Under the pieces are notes generated by a model. The model made no database searches and was not told the DNA's origin. It was given only the letters and a program-made list of their open reading frames with translations. Below are positions 1-10,106 of a stretch of 64,000 nt of DNA, in pieces. Numbering within the stretch: position 1 is the stretch's first letter; each line of letters starts with the position of its first letter. Source of the DNA: an uncultured delta proteobacterium (GTDB lineage: Bacteria; Myxococcota_A; Polyangia; Palsa-1104); assembly GCA_963785725.1 (NCBI GenBank), contig CAWAWS010000005.1:224001-288000 (forward strand), given 5' to 3'. The translations under genes were made by a program, and so were the position numbers.

Positions 1-27
1 GCGCTGATCGGGCAGCGCCGTCGCCAT
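1..27 (-). CDS. Start of a gene running off the left edge (MATALPDQR...), product unknown
   Basis: ATG at 27-25 overlaps the HEAT gene stop (TAATG coupling); only 9 codons visible. Confidence 0.4.
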
Positions 28-2093
28 TAACGCTCGCCTCCGCCGCTGCGCCCCGAGGGTCCGGCTTGCTCCAGCGCCGCTTCGATCGCCTCCAGCACCA
101 GCGGATCGTGCTCGTGGGCGCGGCGCAGCTGCAGAATCGGCAGCGCGCCGTGATCGGCGAGGGCGAGCGCCGCTTGGCGACGAACGTCCCAGCGCGGATC
201 GAGCAGCGCGTGCTCGAGCGCCGTCGCGGCGGCGGCGCGCGCTTCGGGCGGCGCCGTCGGCACGCGAGCGGCGAGCGCGCGCGCGGCGGCCTTGACCGTC
301 TCGCCTTCGGGCGACTGCAGCGCGGCCAGGAGGCGTGCATCGTCTTCACGATCGTCGAGGCGCGCCAGTGACTCCAACGCCGGCGGCGTCGCGGCCGGAT
401 CGTGCGCGTCGGCCACGCGGCGGAGCGCCGTGCGCGCCGACGGATGCGCGGCGGCGACGAGACCGAGCGCGCGCGAGGCCGCGGCCCGCAAGAGCGGCTC
501 GCCGGCCAAGGCCACGCGCGCCAACGGCTCGGTGGCCTCGACGGCGTGATGCGCGCCCAACGCCCGGGCGGCGGCCGCGCGCACGTCGATCGATTCGTCG
601 GCGAGCGCGAACGTCAAGGCTTCGCCGACGTCGAGGCTGGGCGGCAGCTGCGCCAGCGCCTCGGCCGCCGAGCGGCGCACGGCCGCCGAGTCGGCGCCGA
701 GCGCCTGACGCAACAGCGGCGCATCCTCGGCGCGCCCGCAGGCGCCGAGCACGCGGCACAAGTAAGGCGCGTCGGCGCCGCCGAGACCCCGGCTCTGCAC
801 GAGGACCCGCACTTCATCGTAGTGACGCGCGCCCAAACGGCCGAGCGCGTCGGCGGCGGCGTGCGCAATCTCCTCTTCGCCGCCGAGCGCGCGCAACAGA
901 GGCGCCAACGCCTCGCGATCGCCCACTTCGCCGAGCGCCGTCGCCGCGGCCGCAGCCGCCTCCGGCGAATCATCGTCGAGCGCCTCGGCCAACAGCGCCT
1001 GCACGCGCGGATCGGACGCCGCCGGGCCCAGCCGCGGCAACAGCGCGTAGGCGTCGGCGCGCAAGCTCGACTCGAGGTCGGGCGCGAGCGCCGCCAAGGT
1101 CTCGGCCGCGGGCGCGCCAATCATGGCCAGCGCCTGCATCGCCGACTCGCGCAGCTCGGGATCGCCGAGCGCCAACACCAACGGCCGCGCGGCCTCCGGT
1201 CGCTTCAGCATGCCGAGCAGCAGCGCCGCGTCCCGCTGCGTGCCCAACGACGCCTCGAGCAGCGCGCCGGTCAGCGACTGGAACGCGTCACGACGGGCGG
1301 CGATATCGAGGGCCACGAGCTCGCGCCCATGCGACGGCAAGCGCCGATAGAGCTCGGCCAGCGCGCGAATGGCCGCCTCGCGCGTCGAGCGCGCCGGATC
1401 GGCGAACGCCTCGGCCAGGATGCCGAGCACCGCGCGATCGCCGGTGCGACCGAGCGCCTCGAGCGCCGCGGCGCGCAACGTCGGCGTCTTCAAGAGCGGC
1501 TCGAGCTGCGCGCGATCGAGCGAGGCGCCCAGGCGATTGAGCCCTTCGAGCGCCGCTTGCGACAGGAGCAGCTCGGCGCGCGCCAGCGCCTTGGTCAACG
1601 CCGCGCGCGCCGCCGAGCCGCCGATGTGGCCCAGCGCTTCGGCGGCGGCGACGCGCACGTTGGCGTCTTCGTCGTCGGTCAGCGGCGCCAAGGGCGCGCC
1701 CGCGCGCAGGTCGCCGATGAGGCCGAGCGCGTCGGCGATGAGCTTGCGATGCTCGGGCCGCGACGAGAGCGCCTCGATGAGCGCCGGCACCGCGTGACTT
1801 CCCAGCGCCACCAGCGATTCCACGACCGCGTTGCGCCGCCCGACGTTCTCCGGCTCGGCCAGCGCCGCCGCCAACACCGACGACGCGCCTTCGGGATCGT
1901 GCCACGCCGCCGCGCGCGCCGCCGCTTCCTTGCGCACGCGCCAGCTCGTGTCGCCCATCGCCTCGACGAGGAACTCGAGCGCGGCCGCCGCTTCGCGCGC
2001 GTCGGCCGGCGGCCCGAGCCGCGCCACGGCCGCACGCCGCAGCTCCTCCTCGTCGCTGCGCAGGCTGTCGCGCGCTTCGGCCAAGGTAATCAT
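27..2093 (-). CDS. HEAT/PBS-lyase repeat protein of the chemosensory cluster
   Basis: MITLAEARDSL start (ATGA overlap with upstream stop); many HEAT motifs such as DEDANVRVAAAEALGHIG and DPRWDVRRQAALAL. Fused to the upstream gene in the ORF track only because of a frameshift. Confidence 0.85.
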   Translation of the reverse strand: MITLAEARDSLRSDEEELRRAAVARLGPPADAREAAAALEFLVEAMGDTSWRVRKEAAARAAAWHDPEGASSVLAAALAEPENVGRRNAVVESLVALGSHAVPALIEALSSRPEHRKLIADALGLIGDLRAGAPLAPLTDDEDANVRVAAAEALGHIGGSAARAALTKALARAELLLSQAALEGLNRLGASLDRAQLEPLLKTPTLRAAALEALGRTGDRAVLGILAEAFADPARSTREAAIRALAELYRRLPSHGRELVALDIAARRDAFQSLTGALLEASLGTQRDAALLLGMLKRPEAARPLVLALGDPELRESAMQALAMIGAPAAETLAALAPDLESSLRADAYALLPRLGPAASDPRVQALLAEALDDDSPEAAAAAATALGEVGDREALAPLLRALGGEEEIAHAAADALGRLGARHYDEVRVLVQSRGLGGADAPYLCRVLGACGRAEDAPLLRQALGADSAAVRRSAAEALAQLPPSLDVGEALTFALADESIDVRAAAARALGAHHAVEATEPLARVALAGEPLLRAAASRALGLVAAAHPSARTALRRVADAHDPAATPPALESLARLDDREDDARLLAALQSPEGETVKAAARALAARVPTAPPEARAAAATALEHALLDPRWDVRRQAALALADHGALPILQLRRAHEHDPLVLEAIEAALEQAGPSGRSGGGER

Positions 2094-2882
2094 GTGCCGA
2101 CTCCGGCGCGGCGCTTTTGCCGTAAGGCGGCGAGCGCCTCGCTGATGAAATCGCGCGTGCGGCGAACTTCCTCGGGCACGCGCAGAATCGAACAAGAGGC
2201 GGCCCTCTTCCAGATCGATGCGCAAGCGCGCCTCCAACTCGTCGGTGTGGCCGTGATGATCGGCGGCGTCGAGCGCGTCGCCGTTGTAGAGCGCGATGTC
2301 CGAGACGATGAGCCAGGCCAGCCGCTGCGCCCGCTCGACGACGGCCGCGGCGTTGGCGAGCGTCGCGCCCGTCGACACGCCACCCGGCGGCGTCGGGCTG
2401 CGATCGGTCGGCTCGCGGCCCACGAGCGACAAGCGCCGCTCGCCGGCGTCGCGAATCTTGCGGCTGTCCTCGCTCTCGACGTGCGCCACCGGCGGCTCGA
2501 GGTGCTTCGGCGCCAGGCCCACGAGCCGCTCCAGCTTCGGCAGCAGCTGATCGGGAATATGATGCTGCTCGACGTAATCATCGGCGCCGTACAGCGACGT
2601 CGGCCGCCGCTTGTAGCCGGTGCGATTGTAGATCGAGGCCACGAGCACGACCGCCGGCGCCATCGGCAAACGCTTGGCCTCCTCGACGATTTCGTAGGCG
2701 TGCACTTCGGGCAAGGCGACGTCGAGCACCAGCGCCGCCGGCCCGAGCTGCAATTCGCCGCGCAGCGCGCGCCCGCCGCCGACCGAGCGCACGCGATAGC
2801 CGGCCTCGGCCACTTGATGGCTGATGGCCTCACGAATCGTCTCCGACTCGTGCGCGATGACGATGAGCGGCGCCTCAGCCAC
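2090..2882 (-). CDS. Atypical response regulator (receiver plus C-terminal helical domain), one frameshift near 2187
   Basis: Receiver-like N-terminus (LVLDVALP, YGADDY); C-terminus RLAWLIVSDIALYN...LEEGRLLFD continues as LRVPEEVRRTRDFISEAL in the next frame to TGA at 2090. Confidence 0.75.
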
Positions 2883-3387
2883 GCGCCATCCCCGACAAGA
2901 CCTGCTTCTCGTTCGTCGACAGCAGCGCGTCCACGTCGAGCACCATCAGCATGCGCCCTTGATGATGGACCACACCGTTGAAGTAGGCGCGCTCCGCCGT
3001 CGTCAGCTGCGGCGCGCCTTTGATCTCGCTCTTCGGCACGCGCAGCGGCTCCGACACGCGGTCGACCACTAGCCCGACGATCATGCGCGTCTCACCCACG
3101 TCGATGCCGACGATGAGGAACTTCATGGCCCGCACCGGCGGCGACGGCGGCAGATCGAACCGCTTGCGCACGTCGACGACCGGCAAGATGGCGCCGCGCA
3201 GCTCGATGACGCCTTCGATGAAATGCGGCGCCTTCGGAATCGGCGTCACCGCCACCGGATTGATGATCTCCTTGATGCGCATGATGTCGAGCGCGTACTC
3301 GCCCGGGCCGACGCCGAACGCCACCAGCTGCGCCAGCTCGATGCGCGGCGCGGCGCGGGCCCGCGGATCGCCGAGGCCGCCCTTCAT
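2875..3387 (-). CDS. cheW: Chemotaxis coupling protein CheW
   Basis: YALDIMRIKEII, IPKAPHFIEGVIELRGAILPVVDVRKRF, VGLVVDRV. Confidence 0.9.
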   Translation of the reverse strand: MKGGLGDPRARAAPRIELAQLVAFGVGPGEYALDIMRIKEIINPVAVTPIPKAPHFIEGVIELRGAILPVVDVRKRFDLPPSPPVRAMKFLIVGIDVGETRMIVGLVVDRVSEPLRVPKSEIKGAPQLTTAERAYFNGVVHHQGRMLMVLDVDALLSTNEKQVLSGMARG

Positions 3388-3929
3388 CGCCGCACCTCGA
3401 AGCCGAGCACGGCGTCGAGTGATAAAAGTATCACCAACCGCTCGGGCGCGCCCGGCTCGCCCGCGTCGTGCCGCCCGATGCCCGACAAGAACGGCGCCTC
3501 CGACGGTGACAGCGACGGCGGCGGCGGCTCGATCTCGTTGTCGGCGAAGCGCACCACGTCGCGCACGGCATCGACGAGCAGCCCGAAGCGCTCGTTGTTG
3601 TGCATGACGACGAGGATGCGCGCCTCGCGCGTCAACGGCTGCGCCTCCAGCCGCAAGCGCAGCCGCAGGTCGACGATCGGCATCACCATGCCGCGCACCG
3701 TCAAGATGCCGAGCAGAAAGCGCGGCGCGCGCGGCACTTCGGTGATCTCGCGCGGCTTGATGATCTCGCGAATGGCCAAGATCTCGATGCCGTAAGTCTC
3801 GCCGCCGGCCAAGAACGTCAAGACGCCGCGACGTTGCTGCGCGCGCCGATCGTCGGCGCGACGGAGATAGGTCTCCTCGGTGGCGAACGGCCCGGCGAGC
3901 GCGCGCTGGCTGACGCCCGGCCCGGCCAT
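3384..3929 (-). CDS. cheW: Chemotaxis coupling protein CheW (second copy)
   Basis: YGIEILAIREII, VPRAPRFLLGILTVRGMVMPIVDLR, FGLLVDAV. Confidence 0.9.
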   Translation of the reverse strand: MAGPGVSQRALAGPFATEETYLRRADDRRAQQRRGVLTFLAGGETYGIEILAIREIIKPREITEVPRAPRFLLGILTVRGMVMPIVDLRLRLRLEAQPLTREARILVVMHNNERFGLLVDAVRDVVRFADNEIEPPPPSLSPSEAPFLSGIGRHDAGEPGAPERLVILLSLDAVLGFEVRR

Positions 3930-6091
3930 TACGCGGCCTCCACGGCGCCGACGGCCTCTTCGACGATCTGCGCCACGTCGAGCACGAGCACTGTCTTTTT
4001 GCCGCCGAGCTCGGTGGCGCCGGCGACGCCGTTGACCTTCGACAGCGCGCGCCCGAGCGACTTGATGACGATGTCCTGCTGCCCGAGCAGCTCGTCGACC
4101 AAGAGGCCGATGCGATGCTGCGCCAGCCCGACGACGACGACGAACTGCTTCGACGGCACGCCCTCCAAGTTCTCGCGCTCCAGCCGAAACATGCGCTCGA
4201 GCCGCGCCAAGCGGCAGCGTCTGCCCGCGCAGGCTCATGACCTCGCGCCGCTCGATGAGCCGCACGTCCTTTTGCGTCACGCGCAGCGCACTCGAGCACG
4301 CTGTTGAGCGGCACCGCGAAGGTGCGCCCGGCGGCGCGAATGATGAGCGCCTGAATGATCGCCAGCGTAATCGGCAAGGTGATCGTCAGCCGCGTGCCGA
4401 TGCCCGACTCCGACTCGACGTCGATGATGCCCGACAGGCGCGCGATGTTCGTCTTGACCACGTCCATGCCGACGCCGCGACCGCTCAATTCGTCGGCGGT
4501 GTCCTTCGTGCTCAAGCCGGGCAGGAACATCAGGTTGAAGACTTCGCGGCGACCGAGCTCGCGCGCCAGGTTCTCGTCGATGAGCCCGCGCTCGATGGCG
4601 CGGCGCACCAACTTGCGCTCGTCGATGCCGGCGCCGTCGTCCTCGATCTGGATGACGACGTGATTGCCGCGCTGCTCGGCGCGAATGCTGATGGTGCCGA
4701 TCTCCGGCTTGCCCGCCTTGACGCGCTCGGCCGGCTTCTCGATGCCGTGATCGATGCAGTTGCGCATGACGTGCATCAGCGGATCGGACAGCTCCTCGAC
4801 GATCAGCTTGTCGAGCTCGGTGTCGGCGCCGGAGATGCCGAGGCGGATCTCCTTGCCGGCGTCGCGCGAGATCTTGCGCACGACGCGCGACAGCTTGTCG
4901 AAGATCTGCCCCAGCGGCACCATGCGCACTTCGAGGATTCCCGCTTGCAGCTCGTCGAGCTTGCGGCTCAGCGAACGCAGCTCGTGGTGCAGGTCGCGGG
5001 CGAGCTTCGTCTGCGAGCGGTCGGCTTTGACGCGGTCGAGGATCTGCGTCAGCCCGGCGCGCGCGATGCCCAGCTCGCCCACGATGTTCATCAGGTGGTC
5101 GAGCTTGCGAATGTCGACGCGCACCGTCTGCGACACCGACTTGAGCGTCAGCTCGTCGTCATCGCGATCGACGCGGCGCACTTTGTCGGCTTCGCCGGCG
5201 CCGGCCACCGCGCGCCCCGAATCCGACGTATCGGCCGCCGCGCGCGGCGCATCGTCGTGCCCGCGCTCGGCCCGCTCGCCGCGCTCGCCGCTGCGCGTTC
5301 GGCGCTACGCGGCGACGACGGCGGCGCCGTCGCCTTCTTCGGCATCAGCACGCGCGCTCGTGCTCGTGCCGGCCGAGCGCGCGCTCGACCTCGTCGAGCG
5401 GCGCCTGCGCGCCCAAGATGACGTCGAGCTCGATCTGCTGATCGTTCGCCGCCTCCGCCGACGGCAAATAGGTGATCACTTCGCCGATCGGCTTCAAGCG
5501 CGACTTGAGATCGTCGAGCCCTTTGTCGATCGTCATCAAGTCGAACGCCGCATGAATGCGATAGAGCGCGCGGCCCGACTTGATGTTCTCGCGCAGCCGG
5601 TGCTCTTCGTACTCCGTCAGCACCGACAGCAGCGACGCGTCCAGCTCCCAGCCGCCCCACGGCGACGCTTCCGCCGGCGCTTCCTTCTTGAGCGCCACGC
5701 GATCGAGCCGCGCGATCAGATCCTCGACGAGGTTCGCCTCTTCGCCGCCGCCGCCGCCCGCCGTCTCGCCGACGATCTTGTGGAAGAGGCCAACCGCTTC
5801 GAACAGCAGATCGAGCGTCGCCGGCTGCAATTCGACGCGCCCGAGCCGCAAGCTGTCGAGCAGGTTCTCGAGGTTGTGCGACAGGTTCGTCATGCGCGTC
5901 ACGCCGAACAGGCCCGACAGCCCCTTCAGCGAATGGACGGCGCGGAACGCGTCGTTGATGACCTCGGGATCGAACGAGCCTTGCGCGCGCTGCTCGTCGA
6001 GCATGAGCAGATCGCGATTGAACGCCTCGACGATCTCCTGCGCTTCGGAGAGGAACTCCTGCAGCGCTTTGTCGGTCGGCGACTCAGACAT
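3929..6091 (-). CDS. cheA: Chemotaxis histidine kinase CheA, split by about 4 frameshifts (near 5360, 5230, 4290, 4212)
   Basis: Hpt FRAVHSLKG; VRVDIRKLDHLMNIVGEL; DPLMHVMRNCIDHGIE; DDGAGID; SGRGVGMDVV; C-terminal CheW-like GLLVDELLGQQDIVIK. Confidence 0.92.
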
Positions 6092-6464
6092 TCAGGAGGT
6101 TGCGCACCGCCGCCAGGAGCTGCTCGGGCGCGAACGGCTTGGTCAGATAATCGTTGGCGCCGAGCTTCATGCCGCGGTCGCGGTCCGCGTCACGCCCGTC
6201 GGTGGAGATGATGATGAGCGGCGTCGTCTTGTGCTGCTCCGAGTCGCGTATGAAGCGCACCAGCTCGAGCCCGTTGATGTCGGGCATGTTGATATCGGTG
6301 ATGATGAGATCGAAGCGGGTTCGCGGCAGCACCTTGAGCGCGTGGAAGCCGCTCTCGGCTTGCGTGACGTTGTAGGGGCCGGCCGATTCGAGGGCGGCGG
6401 TGACGAAGCCGCGCATCGTGGCGGAATCCTCCACCACCAGCACGCGCTGACGCGAGTCTGACAT
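6084..6464 (-). CDS. cheY: CheY-like single-domain response regulator
   Basis: VLVVEDS, LIITDINMPDING, YLTKPF; directly upstream of cheA. Confidence 0.88.
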   Translation of the reverse strand: MSDSRQRVLVVEDSATMRGFVTAALESAGPYNVTQAESGFHALKVLPRTRFDLIITDINMPDINGLELVRFIRDSEQHKTTPLIIISTDGRDADRDRGMKLGANDYLTKPFAPEQLLAAVRNLLNV

Positions 6465-6576
6465 CCCCGTTATCGTAGCTGATTTAAGCGACGCTTACGA
6501 GTTCTCGTGGAACGAGGGCTGCGCTGGGCTTACACCGTGGGTGTGGAGGGCACCTTGCTGCGCTGCTCGCGCGGAG

Positions 6577-6799
6577 GCTAAGTGATGAGGAACCGGGGCG
6601 GTTGTCCGGGTCCTGTCGCCGCATACCTTCTTGTCCGTGCTCGCTACGCGCCCAGTGCGCGAGCGGTGGTGCTGTCGCTTATAAGGGTGTGGTGTGAGAC
6701 GGGCGGTGCGCGATCGAGAGGCGCTCCGGCTGCGCGCGGACAAGAAGGTACGCGACGCCACCCGGACTTGGGTCTCGGAGCGGCTCCTCGTCGCTTAGC
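6577..6799. repeat. Long imperfect inverted repeat (arms about 6577-6640 and 6734-6799)
   Basis: gctaagtgatgaggaaccg pairs with cggctcctcgtcgcttagc; gtccgggt with acccggac; gcataccttcttgtccgtgc with gcgcggacaagaaggtacgc. Confidence 0.8.
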
Positions 6800-6848
6800 G
6801 GGGGAAATGGGTGGCAGACGCTGAGTGGACGAACGCCCCTCGTTGGGA

Positions 6849-7337
6849 TTAGCGGCGGGCGAGGTCGGCGGCTTCTTTTTGGCCGGCTAGGGATTCGACG
6901 ACCAGGAAGTCGAAGTGGCCGGGGGTGGCTTCCAGGTAGATTTCGAGGGCGCGGCGGGCGGAGAGGCGGCCGGTCGAGCGGCCGGGGGGAACGAGCGCGT
7001 AACGCGAGGGGGTCAGGCGGTGCACCTTGTCGGCGATTTGGGCGCTGGCTTTGCGCGCGGTCGGCTCGTCGAAGAGGGATACGGGGCCGAGGCCGAAGAG
7101 AAAGAGGCGCGCGAATGGCAGGCGCTTGCCCGGCGGATAAAGCGTGGCCTCGCCGGCGGCACCGGAGACGCGACCGGCTTGCAGCATGCGCGAGAGGCGA
7201 CCGCACAAGCGCCAGTCGCACAGGCCGGCGGCGCCGCGCAGCGGGCGTTCGTCGCTGAAGAATGGCAGCACGAGGGTCTCTGGCGCGCCTTCGAGCTGGT
7301 CCCACTTGCCCAGATCGCTCGCCAGAAACGAGATCAT
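6849..7337 (-). CDS. Stand-alone M17 (leucyl aminopeptidase) N-terminal-domain-like protein
   Basis: [25 protein letters not shown]...LFLFGLG pattern; ATGA overlap with nusB. Confidence 0.65.
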   Translation of the reverse strand: MISFLASDLGKWDQLEGAPETLVLPFFSDERPLRGAAGLCDWRLCGRLSRMLQAGRVSGAAGEATLYPPGKRLPFARLFLFGLGPVSLFDEPTARKASAQIADKVHRLTPSRYALVPPGRSTGRLSARRALEIYLEATPGHFDFLVVESLAGQKEAADLARR

Positions 7338-7780
7338 TTCTTGCCGAGCTCCTCGCGGCAGCGGTCGAGGATGCCGTTGACGAACGCCGGCGACTCGTTG
7401 GTGCCGAAGCGCTTGGCGATCTCGATCGCCTCGTTGATGGCGACCTTGGGCGGCACGTCGGCGGCGTACTTCAGCTCGTAGACCGCGAGGCGCAAGAGGT
7501 TGCGGTCGACGCGCGCCATGCGCTCGAGTCGCCAGTTGCGCGACGCCGATTGCAGGTGCGCGTCGATCTCGGCCAGGTTGCTGCGCACGCCGTGGACGAG
7601 CGTCTCGGCGAACGGGCGCGCTTCGCCGACGTCGGCCGCGGCCACCGCTTCGTCGTCGGCCGCCGACTGGAAGTTGTGCCAGAACAGCGCCGCCGCCTGG
7701 TCGTCGCTCATCTGCGGCTGCACGTCGAGCTGATACAAGATCTGCAGTGCAAACTCGCGCGCGCGACGGCGCGTCCCCAT
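7334..7780 (-). CDS. nusB: Transcription antitermination factor NusB
   Basis: [52 protein letters not shown]. Confidence 0.95.
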   Translation of the reverse strand: MGTRRRAREFALQILYQLDVQPQMSDDQAAALFWHNFQSAADDEAVAAADVGEARPFAETLVHGVRSNLAEIDAHLQSASRNWRLERMARVDRNLLRLAVYELKYAADVPPKVAINEAIEIAKRFGTNESPAFVNGILDRCREELGKK

Positions 7781-7785
7781 CGCGG

Positions 7786-8266
7786 TCACCGTTTTTGACC
7801 GTCGAGCTGCTGATAGAGCGAGGCCATCTCCAGCGCCGCCAGGGCCGCGTCGATGCCTTTGTTGCCCGCCTTGGTGCCCGCGCGCTCGACCGCCTGCTCG
7901 ATGTTCTCGGTCGTCAGCACGCCGAAGATGACGGGAATCTTCGCGCTCATGGCCACTTCGGCGATGCCGTACGCGGCGTGGCCGGCCACGTAATCGTAGT
8001 GCGTCGTGGCGCCGCGAATGACGCAGCCGAGGCAGACGATGGCGTCGTACGCCGCCGTCTCGACCAGCCGCTTGGCCAGCTGCGGAATCTCGAACGCGCC
8101 CGGGCAGTGGCACGATCGTGATGTCACCATCGGCGACGCCGTGGCGCACGAGCGCGTCGACGGCGCCCTCGACCAAGCGGTCGACGATGAAGTGGTTGAA
8201 GCGAGCCGCCACGACGGCCACTTTGAGACCGCGCGCCGTGAGCGTGCCGTCGATCGAGCGCGGCAT
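7786..8266 (-). CDS. ribH: 6,7-dimethyl-8-ribityllumazine synthase, frameshift near 8110
   Basis: [47 protein letters not shown]. Confidence 0.93.
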
Positions 8267-9504
8267 TACTTGGACTCCTTGGAAAGCGAGGCGGTATCCA
8301 TCGAGAAAATGTGGCCTTCGCGATCGCGCTTGTCGCGCAGGAGGGCCACGTTGTGCCGCGTCGGCGGCATCTCCAGCGGCTCGCGATCGACGACGGTGAT
8401 GCCGTAGCCTTCGAGGCCGGCGATCTTCTTCGGGTTGTTCGTGAGCAGCCGGAGCGACTTGACGCCGAGCTGCGACAACACCTGCGCGCCCAGGCCGAAG
8501 TCACGCAGCTTGTGCTCGCGACCAGCCACGCGCGCCTGCTCCTGGTGCAGCACGTGCGCGCGCACGTCGTTGACGAGCGACTGCCGCCCGCCCGGGAAAA
8601 CATAGAGCAGGACGCCGCGACCTTGCCGCTCGATCGCCTGCAGCGCCGCGCGCAGCTGCGCGCCGCAGTCGCACGCCGCCGACCCGAAGACGTCGCCGGG
8701 AAAGCAGGCCGTCTGCACGCGCACGAGCACCGGCTCCGGCGTCCGCAGATCGCCCAGCGTCAGCGCCAAATATTCGGTCTTCTCGACGGCGGTGGCGAAC
8801 ACGTGCGCCGCGAACTCGGCCGACACGCCGGGCAAGGAAGGCGTCAACGTCGCCTCGGCCACGCGCTCGACGAGCGACTCCTGCTGCAGCCGATACTCGA
8901 TCAGATCGGCGATCGACAGGATGCGCAGCTGATGTTGCGCGGCGAACTTCTCGAGATCGGGCATACGCGCCATCGACCCGTCGTCATTCATGATCTCGCA
9001 GATCACGCCCGACGGCGAGAGGCCCGCGAGCCGCGCCATGTCGACTGAGCCTTCGGTCTGACCGGTGCGCACGAGCACGCCGCCGCGCTTGGCGCGCAGC
9101 GGGAAAATGTGGCCCGGCGTGATCAGATCCTCGGGCCGCGCGTCGGGTTTGACGGCCGCCAAAATCGTCGTCGCGCGATCCTTGGCGCTGATGCCGGTCG
9201 TGACGCCGTGGCGCGCCTCGATGCTGACGGTGAAGGCGGTGCCGAACGGCGAGCCGCCGCCTTTGCGCGACGACTGCAGCGGCAGCTCGAGCGCGTCCGC
9301 CTTGTCCTCGGTCAAGGTCAAGCAGATGAGCCCGCGCCCCCACTTGGCCATGAAATTGATGGCTTCGGGCGTGACCTTCTCCGCCGCCATCGTCAAATCG
9401 CCCTCGTTCTCGCGATCCTCATCGTCGACGAGGATGACCATCTTGCCGGCGCGAATGTCCTCGAGCCCTTCGACGACGCGCGCGATCCGTTCTTTCGACG
9501 TCAT
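8266..9504 (-). CDS. ribBA: DHBP synthase fused to a divergent GTP cyclohydrolase II domain (RibBA/RibBX-like)
   Basis: [44 protein letters not shown]-terminal [11 protein letters not shown] and LLTNNPKK. Confidence 0.88.
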   Translation of the reverse strand: MTSKERIARVVEGLEDIRAGKMVILVDDEDRENEGDLTMAAEKVTPEAINFMAKWGRGLICLTLTEDKADALELPLQSSRKGGGSPFGTAFTVSIEARHGVTTGISAKDRATTILAAVKPDARPEDLITPGHIFPLRAKRGGVLVRTGQTEGSVDMARLAGLSPSGVICEIMNDDGSMARMPDLEKFAAQHQLRILSIADLIEYRLQQESLVERVAEATLTPSLPGVSAEFAAHVFATAVEKTEYLALTLGDLRTPEPVLVRVQTACFPGDVFGSAACDCGAQLRAALQAIERQGRGVLLYVFPGGRQSLVNDVRAHVLHQEQARVAGREHKLRDFGLGAQVLSQLGVKSLRLLTNNPKKIAGLEGYGITVVDREPLEMPPTRHNVALLRDKRDREGHIFSMDTASLSKESK

Positions 9505-10106
9505 GACTTCTGATAGCCTCCGACCAGCTTCTCGACGTATTTCCCGATCAGGTCTACTTCCAGATTGACCGCGGCGCCCGCGCCTTTATCGGCCAAGGTC
9601 GTCGCCGTCTGCGTGTGCGGAATCAGCGACACCGAAAAGCCGCGCTCGTCGACACGATTGACCGTCAAGCTGATGCCGTCGATCGTGATCGATCCCTTCT
9701 CGATCACATAACGAAGCAGGCTCGGCTCGAGCTCCACCGTGACGTCGACCGATTCGGCGCGCGGTAGCACCGACGCGATCTTGCCGACGCCGTCGACGTG
9801 GCCGGCGACCATGTGGCCGCCCAGCCGATCGCCGAGCTTGAGCGGCCGCTCCAAATTGACGCGCGCGCCGTCGGCGAGCAGGCCCAGCGTCGTGCGCTCC
9901 AGCGTCTCGGGACCGGCGACGAGCTCGACCTCACCCGGCCGCCAGACGACGACCGTCAAGCAGCAGCCGTCGACGGCGAGCGACGCGCCCAGCGCCTGCT
10001 CCTCGGCGAGGAGAGGCGCGCGCACGGTCAAGCGGCGCGCCCGCTCCGACGGCAGCGGCTCCACGCGCGTGATGTGTCCTACGTCTTCGACGATGCCCGT
10101 GAACAT
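9501..10106 (-). CDS. ribE: Riboflavin synthase (alpha chain)
   Basis: [38 protein letters not shown]. Confidence 0.95.
   Translation of the reverse strand: MFTGIVEDVGHITRVEPLPSERARRLTVRAPLLAEEQALGASLAVDGCCLTVVVWRPGEVELVAGPETLERTTLGLLADGARVNLERPLKLGDRLGGHMVAGHVDGVGKIASVLPRAESVDVTVELEPSLLRYVIEKGSITIDGISLTVNRVDERGFSVSLIPHTQTATTLADKGAGAAVNLEVDLIGKYVEKLVGGYQKS

Noticed and set aside
27..2882. 951-aa receiver-HEAT fusion in the ORF track
   Set aside because: Created by one extra base near 2187; the other frame gives a stop overlapping the HEAT ATG at 2090-2093
2875..5208. 777-aa CheA-CheW fusion ORF (likewise the ribH-nusB fusion 7334-8266)
   Set aside because: The middle parts are out-of-frame Arg/Ala-rich text joining separate genes
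6495..6824. Short ORFs 6495-6761 (-) and 6582-6824 (+)
   Set aside because: Atypical codon use, no motifs, and they overlap the inverted repeat
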